A stretch of 64,000 nt of DNA from an uncultured Gammaproteobacteria bacterium (GCA_964406775.1 CAYOSW010000001.1:10474-74473); one strand, 5' to 3'. Numbered from the stretch's first letter, positions 27,634 to 39,050 are shown. The notes: generated by a model not told the origin, from the sequence alone. Program-made: numbers and translations.

Positions 27634-28473
27634 TTGATGAATTACCAGATTGGTATTATCGGGTACGGGATTGTAGGTCAGGCTGTTGAGTACGGATTCC
27701 GCGGGGAAGATATTCATATCTACGATAAGTTTAAAGATTACCTGTCTCTTCCTGAGGTTTGCGCAAAGTCTGAGTTTATCTTTGTATCTGTTCCCACTCC
27801 GATTATGGAGAATGAATCGGGAATTGATTTATCGATTGTTGAAGAAGTAGTGGGGGAGATAGCCAAAGAAGTAGAAGGAACCGACAAAATCGTTATTTTA
27901 AAATCGACGATAGTCCCCGGCACAACAGCGGCTTTACAGAAAAAATATCCTGAAGTTAATTTTTGTTTTAACCCTGAATTTTTGACGGAAGCAAATTTTT
28001 TAGAAGATTTTGTTAAATCAGACCGATGTGTGGTCGGTTCATCCAACGATTTAACCTCAAGAAGGGTAATTTCTCTTTATAAAAAACATTTTCCCCATAT
28101 GCCGATGTTTCAGACCGATCCGACGACAGCCGAGATGGTTAAATATATGGCCAATTGTTACCTTGCAAGTAAAGTTATTTTTGCCAACGAAATGTTTGAT
28201 ATCTGCGAGAAACTCGGAATTAAGTATGAGGAAGTTAAGAAACTAGTCGTTGCTGACCATAGGATTTTTGACTCTCATTTAGATATAACAACAGCACGCG
28301 GATTCGGCGGAAAATGTTTCCCTAAGGATTTACTCGCACTTCGTGCAATGGCGAAGGAAAAGGGCGTTGATACTTCGATTTTAGACGCGGTTTGGAAGAA
28401 AAATACCTCAATCCGCAAAGTCCGCGATTGGGAAGAAATCCCCGGGGCTGTAACAAAAGTTAAAAAAGATTAA
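27634..28473 (+). CDS. Short UDP-glucose/GDP-mannose dehydrogenase-family protein (NAD-binding and central domains only)
   Basis: Rossmann 'IGIIGYGIVGQAV'. Catalytic Cys motif 'GFGGKCFPKD'. Ends at 279 aa, so the C-terminal UDP-sugar-binding domain is absent. Confidence 0.65.
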   Translation: MMNYQIGIIGYGIVGQAVEYGFRGEDIHIYDKFKDYLSLPEVCAKSEFIFVSVPTPIMENESGIDLSIVEEVVGEIAKEVEGTDKIVILKSTIVPGTTAALQKKYPEVNFCFNPEFLTEANFLEDFVKSDRCVVGSSNDLTSRRVISLYKKHFPHMPMFQTDPTTAEMVKYMANCYLASKVIFANEMFDICEKLGIKYEEVKKLVVADHRIFDSHLDITTARGFGGKCFPKDLLALRAMAKEKGVDTSILDAVWKKNTSIRKVRDWEEIPGAVTKVKKD

Positions 28474-28554
28474 ATTCTTTTTATATCCTACCCTGTAGCT
28501 ATAACTTCACTTCAAAAAAATAATTTCGATAGTTCGGGCTGGAGCCAAGATAGG

Positions 28555-29079
28555 TTAAGGTTTATCTGCAGGTGCCGGTGGTTGAGCAGGAGCAGGAGGA
28601 GGAGCTGCCGGGGCCGCGGGCTGCATTGAAGTAACCGAAGCGCTGGTATCTATTCCCATCGGATTTTCCTGAGCTGCCGGAGCTACGGGTGCTGCAGGAG
28701 CTGCTCCGACACCTTTTTTCTGCATAATATTTTTTACTTCCTGGACGATTTGATCGGGAGTATAGGCGGCTTTAACTAAATATCCGTCCGCGCCGAGTTC
28801 GAATCCCTGTTTAATAACCGCATCCTGCCCTAGATTAGTTAAAAGTACGACGACTAAATTTTTGGTATTGGCGTTCTGGCGGATATTCTGGAGAATCTGG
28901 AGTCCGTTAATATCGGGAAGCATTATATCGAGTAAAGCAAGATCGTAAGCGTTTCGGGTTAATGCTGTTAAGCCTTCCTGGCCAGTGCCGAATGCATCCG
29001 TAGAGAATCCCGAAAGATCAAGCTGGCGCTTGAATAAATCACGGATAAATTCTTCGTCTTCTACTAAAAGTACCTTCAT
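28555..29079 (-). CDS. Stand-alone response-regulator receiver domain with a Pro/Ala-rich C-terminal tail
   Basis: 'MKVLLVEDEEFIR...LLDIMLPDINGL...' CheY-like. The tail 'AAPAAPVAPAA...PAAPAAPPPAPAQPPAPADKP' has no output domain. Confidence 0.8.
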   Translation of the reverse strand: MKVLLVEDEEFIRDLFKRQLDLSGFSTDAFGTGQEGLTALTRNAYDLALLDIMLPDINGLQILQNIRQNANTKNLVVVLLTNLGQDAVIKQGFELGADGYLVKAAYTPDQIVQEVKNIMQKKGVGAAPAAPVAPAAQENPMGIDTSASVTSMQPAAPAAPPPAPAQPPAPADKP

Positions 29080-29123
29080 AAATTGATTCTAACAGATACG
29101 TCAACCCGAAACTATCAATGATT

Positions 29124-30626
29124 TTATATTCTTTTAGTCAAAAGGTTGATATCAAAAGTTTCGGCTACTGCGGGCAAGGAGAATGAAAAAGTTGACCCTT
29201 TTCCGATCCCCTCAGATTCCGCCCAGATTTTACCGTTATGAAGCTCAACTATCGCTTTTGATAAATAAAGACCGAGACCGTTGCCTTTTGAGGCTTGCTC
29301 GGCAGCTCCTCCCTGGACTCTGAAAAATTTAGTAAACAGATGCTTAAGCGATTCAGGGGGAATTCCCTTACCTGTATCCTTAATATGAGTTATCACCATC
29401 TCATCTTTGGTGTCAATCCAAACCTCAATTTTTCCCTGTGGTTCAGTATAATTTATGGCGTTTGATATCAGATTGTTTAATACCTCATTAATCCGTACGA
29501 GATCAACCTCAACTGAAGGCGTTTTTGTCTTAGGTTCATCCATAATGAGCTGAATCCTCTTTTCTTCCGCCCGGTGCTGAAATGTGTCAACCTGGGTTTT
29601 AACGTTTGTGACCCAATCTAAAACTTGGGTATTCAAGCTCATAGCTCCCCGTTCAACACGCGCAACCGATAAAAGATTTTCGACAAGTCCGCTCAGCTGC
29701 TGAGTTGAAGTATTAATCCTCCTAATAAACATTAACTGGTCTTCAGCAAGTTTATTTTGATTTTCGTTTAAGAAAACGGAGATGTAGCCTTTTATTGAGG
29801 TCAGAGGAGTGCGGAGTTCGTGGGCCGCCATAGAAACAAAATCCAACTTCATAGATTCCAGCTGTTTTTCCTGGCTTTTGTCGTGCAGAACAATTACGAT
29901 TGACGTATCGATTGATTGGCCTAGCGGAGGTTGGAAAACGCTCATATCGGCGTAAGTTTGTTTATTGATATTACTGACCACCCTTGCTTCCTGGATGTAA
30001 AAGATTTTAGTTTCAGGATTGTCGTTTTTAATTGTTCCGTATTTGACAGGCAATATTTCCTGGTTTGTCTTATCGTAAAATCTTATAAATTGGTCAATTC
30101 TGCGTCCTACAGCATCTGTCTTTTGAATACCTGTAAGGAATTGAGCTGCGGTATTTAAGTGTTTAACTTCATATCTAAGATTTAAGATGATCACAGGATC
30201 AATAACTTCGGAAATTGAGGTTTCAAGTAAATTTATCTGAGCATTAAGGTCTTCTTTCAGTATCGAAATATCCGAAGCTTCGTTATTAAGTTCATTATTA
30301 ATCTTATCCAGATGGTCGAAGATATCTTTAAATTCCCCCGTGCGGTATTCCGGGGCTATCGGTTTGTAGCTTTTGCTGAAGATTGAAAATATTGCGGGTG
30401 CAATCAATCTGAGTGATTTGAGAAATTTATCACTGAGATAAAAGTAAGTTATGGTTCCCGAAATTCCCAGGAAAAGTACGGCTATTACGACCGTAAGTAG
30501 GTATTGTCCTAAAGAATTTAAAATAGTTGTATAAAGGCTTAAGTACCACGCAACGCACAACAGGGCTGCCGGAGGTAGAGAAAAAAGGGATAGAAGGAGG
30601 ATCAGTTTCAGTTTACTGCCGGGCAT
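29124..30626 (-). CDS. Sensor histidine kinase (TM, PAS-like, HisKA and HATPase_c domains)
   Basis: H-box 'AAHELRTPLTSIKGY'. N, G1 and G2 boxes 'NLISNAINYT...GNGLGL'. Confidence 0.85.
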   Translation of the reverse strand: MPGSKLKLILLLSLFSLPPAALLCVAWYLSLYTTILNSLGQYLLTVVIAVLFLGISGTITYFYLSDKFLKSLRLIAPAIFSIFSKSYKPIAPEYRTGEFKDIFDHLDKINNELNNEASDISILKEDLNAQINLLETSISEVIDPVIILNLRYEVKHLNTAAQFLTGIQKTDAVGRRIDQFIRFYDKTNQEILPVKYGTIKNDNPETKIFYIQEARVVSNINKQTYADMSVFQPPLGQSIDTSIVIVLHDKSQEKQLESMKLDFVSMAAHELRTPLTSIKGYISVFLNENQNKLAEDQLMFIRRINTSTQQLSGLVENLLSVARVERGAMSLNTQVLDWVTNVKTQVDTFQHRAEEKRIQLIMDEPKTKTPSVEVDLVRINEVLNNLISNAINYTEPQGKIEVWIDTKDEMVITHIKDTGKGIPPESLKHLFTKFFRVQGGAAEQASKGNGLGLYLSKAIVELHNGKIWAESEGIGKGSTFSFSLPAVAETFDINLLTKRI

Positions 30627-30755
30627 TTTCTCTATTATCGCACAAATTTAAGCGCTCTTGTGGAAGGTTTTTAGCTGAATTGTTCGGGTTTTTTGTGGTA
30701 TTATTCTTATACTTGCTCAGGATTTATTGGTTAACAGCCTCATAAAGTATTTATT

Positions 30756-32747
30756 ATGAGTAAATTCAAAATTGCATCGAACTTCAAACCGACAGGAGAT
30801 CAGCCTCTAGCGATAGAGAAGCTTGTTGACGGACTTAAAAAAGGTGAGAAAAATCAGGTTTTGCTCGGAGTAACCGGGTCGGGTAAGACTTTTACTATGG
30901 CAAATGTTATAGAAAAAGTTCAGAAACCGACGCTAATTATTTCCCATAATAAAACCTTGGCCGGCCAGCTGGCCCAGGAATTCCGCTCGATTTTTCCCGA
31001 TAACGCGGTCGAATATTTCGTTTCTTATTACGATTACTACCAGCCCGAGGCATACATTGCCGCTTCCGATACTTATATCGAAAAAGAAACCCAGATTAAC
31101 GAAGAAATTGAGAAATTAAGGCTTTCTGCAACTACCTCGTTGGTTACAAGACGGGATGTTGTAGTTGTAGCCTCAGTTTCCTGTATTTATAACTTAGGTT
31201 CGCCAAAGGAATATATCGGGGCAACTATGGAGATAAAAGAAGGTGTCCGGCTTTCGATAGATTCGATAACTAAAATGCTCACAAAGATGTTTTATACCCG
31301 TAATGATTACGATTTTAAGCGGGCAACTTACAGGATAAAAGGGGATACCCTGGATATCTTCCCGTCTTATACAGATCACGCGATAAGGATTGAACTGTTG
31401 GGCGATAAGATAGAGCGGCTCTCGATACTCGATCCTTTAACGGGCAATATAACCCCCACACACAATACAGTAACGGTTTATCCGGCCAAGCACTACATTA
31501 CTCCCGAGGACCGCTTAAAACCCGGTTTGGCGCAGATTGAAAACGATCTGCAGCTCCGTCTAAAAGAACTGAAAGACCAGAATAAACTTCTGGAAGCACA
31601 AAGACTTGAACAAAGAACTAATTATGATCTGGAGATGATCAGGGAATTCGGACATTGCAACGGGATTGAGAATTACTCTCGGTATTTTGAGGGAAGGGCA
31701 CCGGGTGAGCCTCCGTATTCTTTAATGGAGTATTTCTCCAAAGATTATCTGGTGATTATTGATGAATCACACATTACCATCCCTCAGATCAGGGGAATGT
31801 ATAACGGTGACCGGGCGCGGAAAGAAAATCTGGTTGATTTCGGATTCAGATTACCTTCAGCGTTGGACAACCGTCCTCTGAAGTTTGACGAATTTTTACG
31901 CAGGTTAAACCAGACCGTTTTTGTTTCGGCAACCCCTGATGAATATGAATTGTCTTTGGCGGGACCTGATAACATTGCAGAGCAGCTCATTAGACCGACG
32001 GGAATCCTTGATCCGGAGATTGAAGTCAGAAAAACCGAAGGCCAGATTCCCGATGTTATGAAAGAAATAGAGGAAAGAGTGAAAAAGGGCGAGAGAGTTT
32101 TAGTTACGACTTTAACTAAAAGAATGGCCGAGGATTTATCGGAATATCTTTTGGAACATAAGATCAAAGTTACATATCTTCACTCGGACGTTGAAACCCT
32201 GAAGCGCTCAGATATTCTTCGGTCCCTGCGGATGGGGGAATACGATGTAATAGTGGGTATAAATTTGCTCAGGGAAGGATTGGATTTACCCGAAGTGTCG
32301 CTGGTGGTAATTTTGGATGCGGATAAGGAAGGATTTTTGCGCTCCCGGACTTCGCTCATTCAGACAATGGGACGGGCTGCGCGCCATATCCAGGGCAAAG
32401 TAATTATGTACGCGGATACGGTGACTAAATCTATGAATGCCGCGATTGAGGAGGTAGACAGAAGACGCAAGTATCAGGCGGAGTATAACGAGGAACACGG
32501 CATTACCCCGACAAAGATTAATAAAGCTTTGCGCGACAGATTAATTGAAAAAGTAGAAGAGCTGGAGGAGGCTTCTGAGAAGGAGCTTACAGTTGACGAT
32601 ATTCCGGAAAAAGATAAAGCCGAGATGGTTAAGCTTTTGGAACAGCAGATGCAGAATGCGGCTTCAGTTTTGGACTTTGAGGAGGCCGCGAAGATACGCG
32701 ATCAGATTAAGGAATTATCCTCAGAACAATCGGTCGGGGGAGATTGA
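30756..32747 (+). CDS. uvrB: Excinuclease ABC subunit B
   Basis: 'FKPTGDQPLAIEKL...GVTGSGKTFTMANVI'. Helicase motifs. C-terminal UVR domain. Confidence 0.95.
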   Translation: MSKFKIASNFKPTGDQPLAIEKLVDGLKKGEKNQVLLGVTGSGKTFTMANVIEKVQKPTLIISHNKTLAGQLAQEFRSIFPDNAVEYFVSYYDYYQPEAYIAASDTYIEKETQINEEIEKLRLSATTSLVTRRDVVVVASVSCIYNLGSPKEYIGATMEIKEGVRLSIDSITKMLTKMFYTRNDYDFKRATYRIKGDTLDIFPSYTDHAIRIELLGDKIERLSILDPLTGNITPTHNTVTVYPAKHYITPEDRLKPGLAQIENDLQLRLKELKDQNKLLEAQRLEQRTNYDLEMIREFGHCNGIENYSRYFEGRAPGEPPYSLMEYFSKDYLVIIDESHITIPQIRGMYNGDRARKENLVDFGFRLPSALDNRPLKFDEFLRRLNQTVFVSATPDEYELSLAGPDNIAEQLIRPTGILDPEIEVRKTEGQIPDVMKEIEERVKKGERVLVTTLTKRMAEDLSEYLLEHKIKVTYLHSDVETLKRSDILRSLRMGEYDVIVGINLLREGLDLPEVSLVVILDADKEGFLRSRTSLIQTMGRAARHIQGKVIMYADTVTKSMNAAIEEVDRRRKYQAEYNEEHGITPTKINKALRDRLIEKVEELEEASEKELTVDDIPEKDKAEMVKLLEQQMQNAASVLDFEEAAKIRDQIKELSSEQSVGGD

Positions 32748-33734
32748 TCTCTCTATACAGGTCTTGTAATTGTCCTCATCCAATCCCAAGCAAAGATCTC
32801 TGGCTAAATCTTTATAATTAGGATTAATTTTAAAAACCCAACCTGCTGCTGACCGGCACTCCACCTGTGCCTGCGTCCCCGGCATTTGCAGACACGCATT
32901 AAGAGTTAATTGCGGGCTGAACCAGCTTCTCTGGGCAACGACAATTCCCACTCCCATAAAACAGGCTTCTCTTGGCTTTTCTGCAATGACTTGTGAGCAA
33001 AGATCCGCAACTTTTTTATAATCATTGTTCAAAATCCCTACCCACCACTGACTTTGTTCGTAGTAACACGAAATTTGATAAACTTCCGGAAGAAAAGAAC
33101 AGGGTTCTTGAATCCGGCTTTCATCCTCAAGGTTTCTTAATCCGATAAATTTGTTTCCCGAATCCATCATTCCGGGCTTGTTATATTCCATAAAAACCCC
33201 TTGGGTACACCCTAAGGTGTTGGGTTTTTGGATTGATTTACAAATTCCGAGCGCCTGCACTAGATTTTCCCTCTCCCTTCCTAAATATTCAATCAGTCCG
33301 TGGCCGATTCCGTGACGGCATCCCGTCTCCTTTTCTCCGCCTGTATTAATACAGGCTTTATTGATTTCTTTGACAATTTCCGGCCCTTTATCCTCTAAGG
33401 CGGTGATAATAAATCCGTGGAAGCACCCGTATGCAAAATTATTATCGCAAACGGATATTCCGGATACCCCTTCGTTTTTATAGAGAGCTTCTCCGAAGAT
33501 ATGGGTAATATAGTGGATATCGGTAGGGTATTTGCTTAAATTTTTTTGTTTGAATTTTTTATAGGCAGTTTCTCCTCCGTAATTTTTAATTTCCGCATCC
33601 CAAAATTTAAATTCTCTTTTTATATCAATCGCAGAATCCTCCTGCTCAGGCAGCTTTGCAGTCCGGTTAAAGTAAATAAATCCGGACAGCAAACCCGTAA
33701 AAACTAACAGTGCGATAAAAATGCGGTATTTCAC
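32721..33734 (-). CDS. Secreted cysteine-rich hypothetical protein (337 aa)
   Basis: Signal anchor. Repeated Cys pairs ('CDNNFAYGCFHG', 'CINTGGEKETGCRHG', 'CKS...GCTQG'). Confidence 0.5.
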   Translation of the reverse strand: MKYRIFIALLVFTGLLSGFIYFNRTAKLPEQEDSAIDIKREFKFWDAEIKNYGGETAYKKFKQKNLSKYPTDIHYITHIFGEALYKNEGVSGISVCDNNFAYGCFHGFIITALEDKGPEIVKEINKACINTGGEKETGCRHGIGHGLIEYLGRERENLVQALGICKSIQKPNTLGCTQGVFMEYNKPGMMDSGNKFIGLRNLEDESRIQEPCSFLPEVYQISCYYEQSQWWVGILNNDYKKVADLCSQVIAEKPREACFMGVGIVVAQRSWFSPQLTLNACLQMPGTQAQVECRSAAGWVFKINPNYKDLARDLCLGLDEDNYKTCIERSISPDRLF

Positions 33735-33781
33735 AAACCTATTATATTACCTATAAGAGAGGGATTCGGTGACGGGAGTTT

Positions 33782-34318
33782 TTATAAAACAGCGAGAAGT
33801 GCTCTGCCAGTTCTTGCTTCAACAGCCAGAAAATTTCTTTTATCAGGATCGTCTACGGCTCTGCTGAATAGTGCAGCGCACTGAACCGCTGTTTCAAGCT
33901 CTGTTTTATAAGTTTTAAGCCATTCTGCATCCTGAGGTTTGGCGGGTGTTCCGGCTTCGGGATCCCAGCCTTCTGTCGCTGCATTTATCAGAGTTGCGGC
34001 ACGAACAGCGCGGATTTCGTCGTAGGCTCCGGTATTCTCAAAGGCAAAAGCCCTGACAGCAACGAGGGGTCTTAAACCGGTGTCTTTATTGTCCAAGGAT
34101 TGGCCGACTGCATCCGCAACAACAAGCGCATCTTTTAATTCTGTTCCCTGGATAACACTGATTCTGGCAGAAGCTGCCCAAATTTCGGAAAATAAAAGCC
34201 CTTTATCTCTTTCGGTGCCCTGGATTCTCTGAGTTAATTGACCGGCGAGTTCCATAACAGTTACTGAGCGTGCCGTTGGGCTTCCGTGTCCTATTGCAAG
34301 TGATCTCTCAGCTAACAT
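33782..34318 (-). CDS. Hypothetical protein (178 aa), locally G+C-rich
   Basis: ORF with a coherent helical, Ala/Leu-rich sequence. No motif recognised. Confidence 0.4.
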   Translation of the reverse strand: MLAERSLAIGHGSPTARSVTVMELAGQLTQRIQGTERDKGLLFSEIWAASARISVIQGTELKDALVVADAVGQSLDNKDTGLRPLVAVRAFAFENTGAYDEIRAVRAATLINAATEGWDPEAGTPAKPQDAEWLKTYKTELETAVQCAALFSRAVDDPDKRNFLAVEARTGRALLAVL

Positions 34319-34360
34319 TTCCCGAAATTTTATCCGAGAATAAACTATAAGTCAAGAAGA

Positions 34361-34681
34361 TTATTTATTTCCGGGTTTAACAATCCGGATACCCATTTTC
34401 TCAGCTTTTTTTGTGGCAGGGCTAACAGTTGTTTCTGATGAAGGGATATATTTTGCCTTAGCCGCTTCTCTTGAGGCGAGTTCATCACTGGGAGAAATTA
34501 TTTCTCCCTGAACAGATCTTCCGTTGGACGCAGCCTGAATAGTCACCCTCGGCTCGAGGGGCTTTACTTCAGGTTTTTTATCGCTTTGAGCCGGTGGGCT
34601 GATAAGAGCGGCCTCAACAGTCTGACCGTCGACTGTTACGTTGATTGGGGACTCTCCCGCTTCTTCGTTTTCGCTAATCAT
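34361..34681 (-). CDS. Hypothetical protein (106 aa)
   Basis: ORF only. Confidence 0.35.
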   Translation of the reverse strand: MISENEEAGESPINVTVDGQTVEAALISPPAQSDKKPEVKPLEPRVTIQAASNGRSVQGEIISPSDELASREAAKAKYIPSSETTVSPATKKAEKMGIRIVKPGNK

Positions 34682-34731
34682 TCTTATTTAATTTATATCT
34701 AAAATCGGGATGAAATCAAGGGGGGAGTTAA

Positions 34732-35976
34732 TTATTTTAAAGTTACATAAAAACCAGTAGCCGTGTACTTTTGCATTTTATCACCGATTTTGGCATACAC
34801 GGAACCCCGGGTTTCTTTAAGTAGATTTGTATTCCAATCTTTTGCTCCCCAAAGCCTTGTCGGGTTTTTCGAATCGGCATAGAGTTCCAGATTGAAAGGA
34901 TTATTCCGCGAGTCACCTATCTTATAAATGCGGGTATCCTTAATCGCACCCTGTTTAAAAAGGTCGTCTGCACAGTTAACTAAATACAAAACACTCAAAT
35001 TGTTTCCGTAAATATCGCCGCCGCCTTCTATCGGCACCAGATTTTTGATAATTGACGATTCGGTGACTGGTTGTCCTTCTTTAATGTAACTTACAATGAA
35101 TAACCGCTCAGCGGTTGATGCTGCTGTTTGGTCAAGCTGATACTTGTCGTTATTGGTATTGATATCAAAATAATAGCCGTTAACGAAATCCTTCTTATCG
35201 GATTGATGGCTGTTTCCTAAAACGAAACTATCAGGAAAACCCTTTAAAGGCCTCAGTACGAAATCTGAACAGCTGCTCAGTTCTTCGGTAAAAGTCACAC
35301 TCTTTGCCATCTTAGTTAAGACATCCGTAATCTCTACCGGATCAAGTTTTTGCTGAAGCGCAGCATAGATATTTGCCGTGAAACGGTACTCTACTCCGTC
35401 TTTCCTGAAGCTTATTGATGTTTGATCCTGGAGTTGCTCAAAAAGTGCATTTTGACCTTCTCCCAAAGCCGGTATGTTGAAATTGTTGTTTTTAACAGGC
35501 GTAGGTACTGAAATATATTCCTGTGCGTAAGTAGGCGCATATTTAAGATCGACTGAACCAGAGGAATCCATACTTCCGATATCCGGAGGAATAGGTAAAG
35601 AGAGCATTCTTGGAGGGGTGGGATAACTATATTCATAAGGAACACCAGCGGAAACTGAAATCATATATTGATCGGAAATCTCCGAGCCGGCTTTTAGGGG
35701 CTGAAAGTCAATAAACTTTATTTCCGAGGGGTACTTGTCCGGAGATCTGACCACCCATTCCGGGGGATATTTTATAGAAATCTGGCCGAACTTAAAGTTA
35801 TAAACTTTCCAATCTGCCGTTTCTTTATTTAAAACCTCAGCCGACTTTGAAGGTTTCTCCCTGCCGAATTTAGATAAAATCTGATCCTTATAGAAATAAA
35901 AACCGGCGGACAAAGCGAGAATTACAACTAGGATAATAATTATCGGCGAAAAGCCTCTTTGATGTTGGGCAGACAC
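34732..35976 (-). CDS. Secreted/membrane-anchored hypothetical protein (414 aa)
   Basis: N-terminal TM 'IIIILVVILALSAGFYFY'. No motif recognised. Confidence 0.5.
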   Translation of the reverse strand: MSAQHQRGFSPIIIILVVILALSAGFYFYKDQILSKFGREKPSKSAEVLNKETADWKVYNFKFGQISIKYPPEWVVRSPDKYPSEIKFIDFQPLKAGSEISDQYMISVSAGVPYEYSYPTPPRMLSLPIPPDIGSMDSSGSVDLKYAPTYAQEYISVPTPVKNNNFNIPALGEGQNALFEQLQDQTSISFRKDGVEYRFTANIYAALQQKLDPVEITDVLTKMAKSVTFTEELSSCSDFVLRPLKGFPDSFVLGNSHQSDKKDFVNGYYFDINTNNDKYQLDQTAASTAERLFIVSYIKEGQPVTESSIIKNLVPIEGGGDIYGNNLSVLYLVNCADDLFKQGAIKDTRIYKIGDSRNNPFNLELYADSKNPTRLWGAKDWNTNLLKETRGSVYAKIGDKMQKYTATGFYVTLK

Positions 35977-36061
35977 ATTTCAATCGTAGATGCAAAAAAT
36001 ACTAAAATCAAGAGACTGATTATCCCCCCCCAGGGACTTTAAAAAACTTCCGGAATCTGTT

Positions 36062-36075
36062 AGAATTTTCATTCT
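36062..36075. promoter_or_regulatory. Palindrome AGAAT-N4-ATTCT upstream of uvrA (candidate LexA-type operator)
   Basis: Read directly. Its architecture resembles GAAC-N4-GTTC (Cheo-type) boxes, but the sequence differs. Not found upstream of lexA or uvrB. Confidence 0.2.
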
Positions 36076-36111
36076 GTTTCGCGTATATTTCGTGCCTTCA
36101 ACTTATTAAAT

Positions 36112-39015
36112 ATGACAAATGAAAAAATAATCATCAGGGGAGCCAGACAGCATAATCTCAAGAATGTTGATCTGGAAATTCCGAAAAACAGCCTGGTTGT
36201 CTTTACCGGGATTTCAGGTTCGGGTAAATCCTCGCTGGCTTTTGATACTCTCTATGCGGAGGGTCAGAGAAGATATGTAGAGAGCTTATCCGCATACGCC
36301 AGACAGTTTCTGGGAGTTATGGACAAACCCGATGTTGATTATATAGAAGGATTATCTCCAGCAATTTCCATTGATCAAAAATCATCCTCGCACAATCCGC
36401 GTTCGACAGTCGGTACGACAACCGAAATTTATGACTATATGAGACTGCTGTTTGCGCGTGTTGGGCATCCTCATTGTCCGGTTTGCGGACGGGAAATTTC
36501 CCGGATGAGTGTTCAGCAGATTACCGAGGCAGTTATAGCCAAAATTAAAGATTCTTCAAAAAAGCAGTACCGGTTTTTTGTGATGGCTCCGATTGTAAAG
36601 GACAGAAAAGGAGAATTTACATCACTTTTTGAGGATTTGAGGAAAAAAGGATTCTCAAGAATCAGAATTGACGGCCATTTAAGGGAACTCTCGGAAGACT
36701 TTATGCTCCTTAAGAACAATAAGCATTCCATTGATCTTATCGTTGACCGTTTAGCTTTGGACAAGAAAAGTGTTCAAGAGCAAAGTAATTACTCAAGAAT
36801 TTCACAATCAATTGAAACAGCGAGCAAGATGGGTGAAGGCTCAGTTATTATTTCCGAAGTATTGGACAGCTCGCTTGATTTCCCTCAGAATCCGAAAAAA
36901 CTTGAGGACCATCTTTACTCAGAGCGGTTTGCCTGTCCTATCGATAATATTGCATTGTCCGAAGTCGAACCCCGACTGTTTTCATTTAACTCACCTCACG
37001 GAGCTTGTCCTGAATGTACGGGACTCGGTTCGCTTCTTGAAATTGATCCCGATAGTATCTTGAACCCGATACTCTCTATAGTTGAGGGAGGGATTTTGCC
37101 CTGGAGTAAACTTGCAACGAATGAGACTTGGTTTACCAGACTTATTGAAGCAGTAGGTAAGGAATACGGCTTTACAATGAGTACCAGGCTTGGTGAGTTG
37201 AGCCCGGAGGCAAGAGAAATTTTGCTTTACGGAGCCGGCGAAAAAGAATTTTCTGTTGAGGGGAAAAACCGGCAGGGCAGATGGGTGAGTTTCCACTCAA
37301 CATTCAAAGGACTTGTTGAAAACCTGAAAGAGCGCTACAGAGAAACAGAATCGGAATGGGTTAAAGCGGAAATTGAAAAGTATATGACCCGCGAAATTTG
37401 TCCGAAATGTAACGGGTCTAGACTGAAGGACGAATCTTTATCCGTTACCGTCGATAAGTTGAATATTGCCGAGGTTACTTCTATGTCGATTCGGGAGGCC
37501 CTGGATTGGGTAAAAAAACTTGAGATCGGTTTAACGCAAACAGATAGGGAGCAGATAATAGCAAAAACAATCCTCAAAGAGATTGTCTCCCGGCTTCAGT
37601 TTTTAGTTGATGTCGGTTTAGACTACCTTACTTTAGACAGAGCTTCTATGACTTTGGCCGGAGGGGAATCCCAACGTATTAGACTGGCCTCTCAAATAGG
37701 TTCTGGACTTTCAGGAGTGCTGTATGTGTTGGATGAGCCTTCGATCGGACTTCACCAAAGGGATAATACCAGGCTGATTACTACATTAAAAAAACTCCGG
37801 GAACTCGGGAACACTGTTATTGTCAACGAACACGATGCCGAAACAATGCTTGAATCGGATTATATGTTTGAGATCGGACCGGGGGCAGGAGAGCACGGCG
37901 GAAGAATAGTCGCCCAGGGGACTCCTCAGCAGATTTTAGATAACCCCGATTCTTTGACCGGAAGATATCTTAAAGGCACTAAAAAAATCGAGATATTGCC
38001 GGAAACAAAAAGAAGCGAGAGTGCGGGAGAGCTTGAGGTCGTTAAGGCATCAGAACACAACCTCAAGAACGTTTCAATTAAATTTCCGCTGGGTAAGTTA
38101 ATCTCTATTACTGGAGTTTCGGGATCGGGTAAATCAACATTGGTTCACGATGTTTTATTTAAAACACTGGCGCAAAAATTCTACCGGGCTAAGGATAAAC
38201 CCGGAAAACACGAAAATGTTTTAGGAACCGAAAATCTGGATAAGATTGTTATGGTTGATCAATCGCCTATCGGACGTACGCCGAGATCAAATCCGGCAAC
38301 TTATACCGGCGCATTTACATTCATAAGGGAACTTTTTGCTGCGTCTCCTGAGGCTAAAATCCGCGGTTATGGTCCGGGCAGGTTTTCATTTAATGTCAAA
38401 GGCGGAAGGTGCGAAGTTTGCGAAGGAGAAGGACAAATTAAAATTGAAATGCAGTTTTTGCCCGATGTGTTCGTAAAGTGCGAGGGGTGCGACGGAAAAA
38501 GATATAACCGTGAGGCTCTCGAAATTCACTTCAAAGATAAGGATATTTCTCAGGTTCTGGATCTAACCGTAGAAGAAGCACTCGACTTTTTTGCGAATAT
38601 TCCGCAGGTAAAAAATAAATTTGCAGTTTTAAATGAGGTCGGATTGGGTTATATAAGGCTGGGACAGCCGGCTACGACTTTGTCGGGAGGAGAAGCCCAG
38701 AGAATTAAGCTTTCGTCCGAACTTTCAAAGCGCCAGACAGGACGGACTTTGTATATTCTTGATGAGCCGACAACCGGACTGCATTTTGCGGATATTGAAC
38801 GGCTGCTTAAAATTTTAAGAAGACTGGTTGATATCGGGAATACGGTTATTATTATTGAGCACAATCTCGACGTTATTAAAAACGCGGACTGGATCATTGA
38901 CCTTGGTCCTGAGGGCGGAGTTGGCGGGGGAACTCTAGTTGCTGAAGGCACACCCAAACAAATTGCTGCAAATCCGAACTCTCACACCGGCCGGTATTTG
39001 GCTAAGATAATCTGA
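36112..39015 (+). CDS. uvrA: Excinuclease ABC subunit A
   Basis: '[45 protein letters not shown]'. Two ABC modules. Zinc fingers. Confidence 0.95.
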   Translation: MTNEKIIIRGARQHNLKNVDLEIPKNSLVVFTGISGSGKSSLAFDTLYAEGQRRYVESLSAYARQFLGVMDKPDVDYIEGLSPAISIDQKSSSHNPRSTVGTTTEIYDYMRLLFARVGHPHCPVCGREISRMSVQQITEAVIAKIKDSSKKQYRFFVMAPIVKDRKGEFTSLFEDLRKKGFSRIRIDGHLRELSEDFMLLKNNKHSIDLIVDRLALDKKSVQEQSNYSRISQSIETASKMGEGSVIISEVLDSSLDFPQNPKKLEDHLYSERFACPIDNIALSEVEPRLFSFNSPHGACPECTGLGSLLEIDPDSILNPILSIVEGGILPWSKLATNETWFTRLIEAVGKEYGFTMSTRLGELSPEAREILLYGAGEKEFSVEGKNRQGRWVSFHSTFKGLVENLKERYRETESEWVKAEIEKYMTREICPKCNGSRLKDESLSVTVDKLNIAEVTSMSIREALDWVKKLEIGLTQTDREQIIAKTILKEIVSRLQFLVDVGLDYLTLDRASMTLAGGESQRIRLASQIGSGLSGVLYVLDEPSIGLHQRDNTRLITTLKKLRELGNTVIVNEHDAETMLESDYMFEIGPGAGEHGGRIVAQGTPQQILDNPDSLTGRYLKGTKKIEILPETKRSESAGELEVVKASEHNLKNVSIKFPLGKLISITGVSGSGKSTLVHDVLFKTLAQKFYRAKDKPGKHENVLGTENLDKIVMVDQSPIGRTPRSNPATYTGAFTFIRELFAASPEAKIRGYGPGRFSFNVKGGRCEVCEGEGQIKIEMQFLPDVFVKCEGCDGKRYNREALEIHFKDKDISQVLDLTVEEALDFFANIPQVKNKFAVLNEVGLGYIRLGQPATTLSGGEAQRIKLSSELSKRQTGRTLYILDEPTTGLHFADIERLLKILRRLVDIGNTVIIIEHNLDVIKNADWIIDLGPEGGVGGGTLVAEGTPKQIAANPNSHTGRYLAKII

Positions 39016-39050
39016 TTTTTGCTACAATTAACTCACAGATAATCTTTGTA

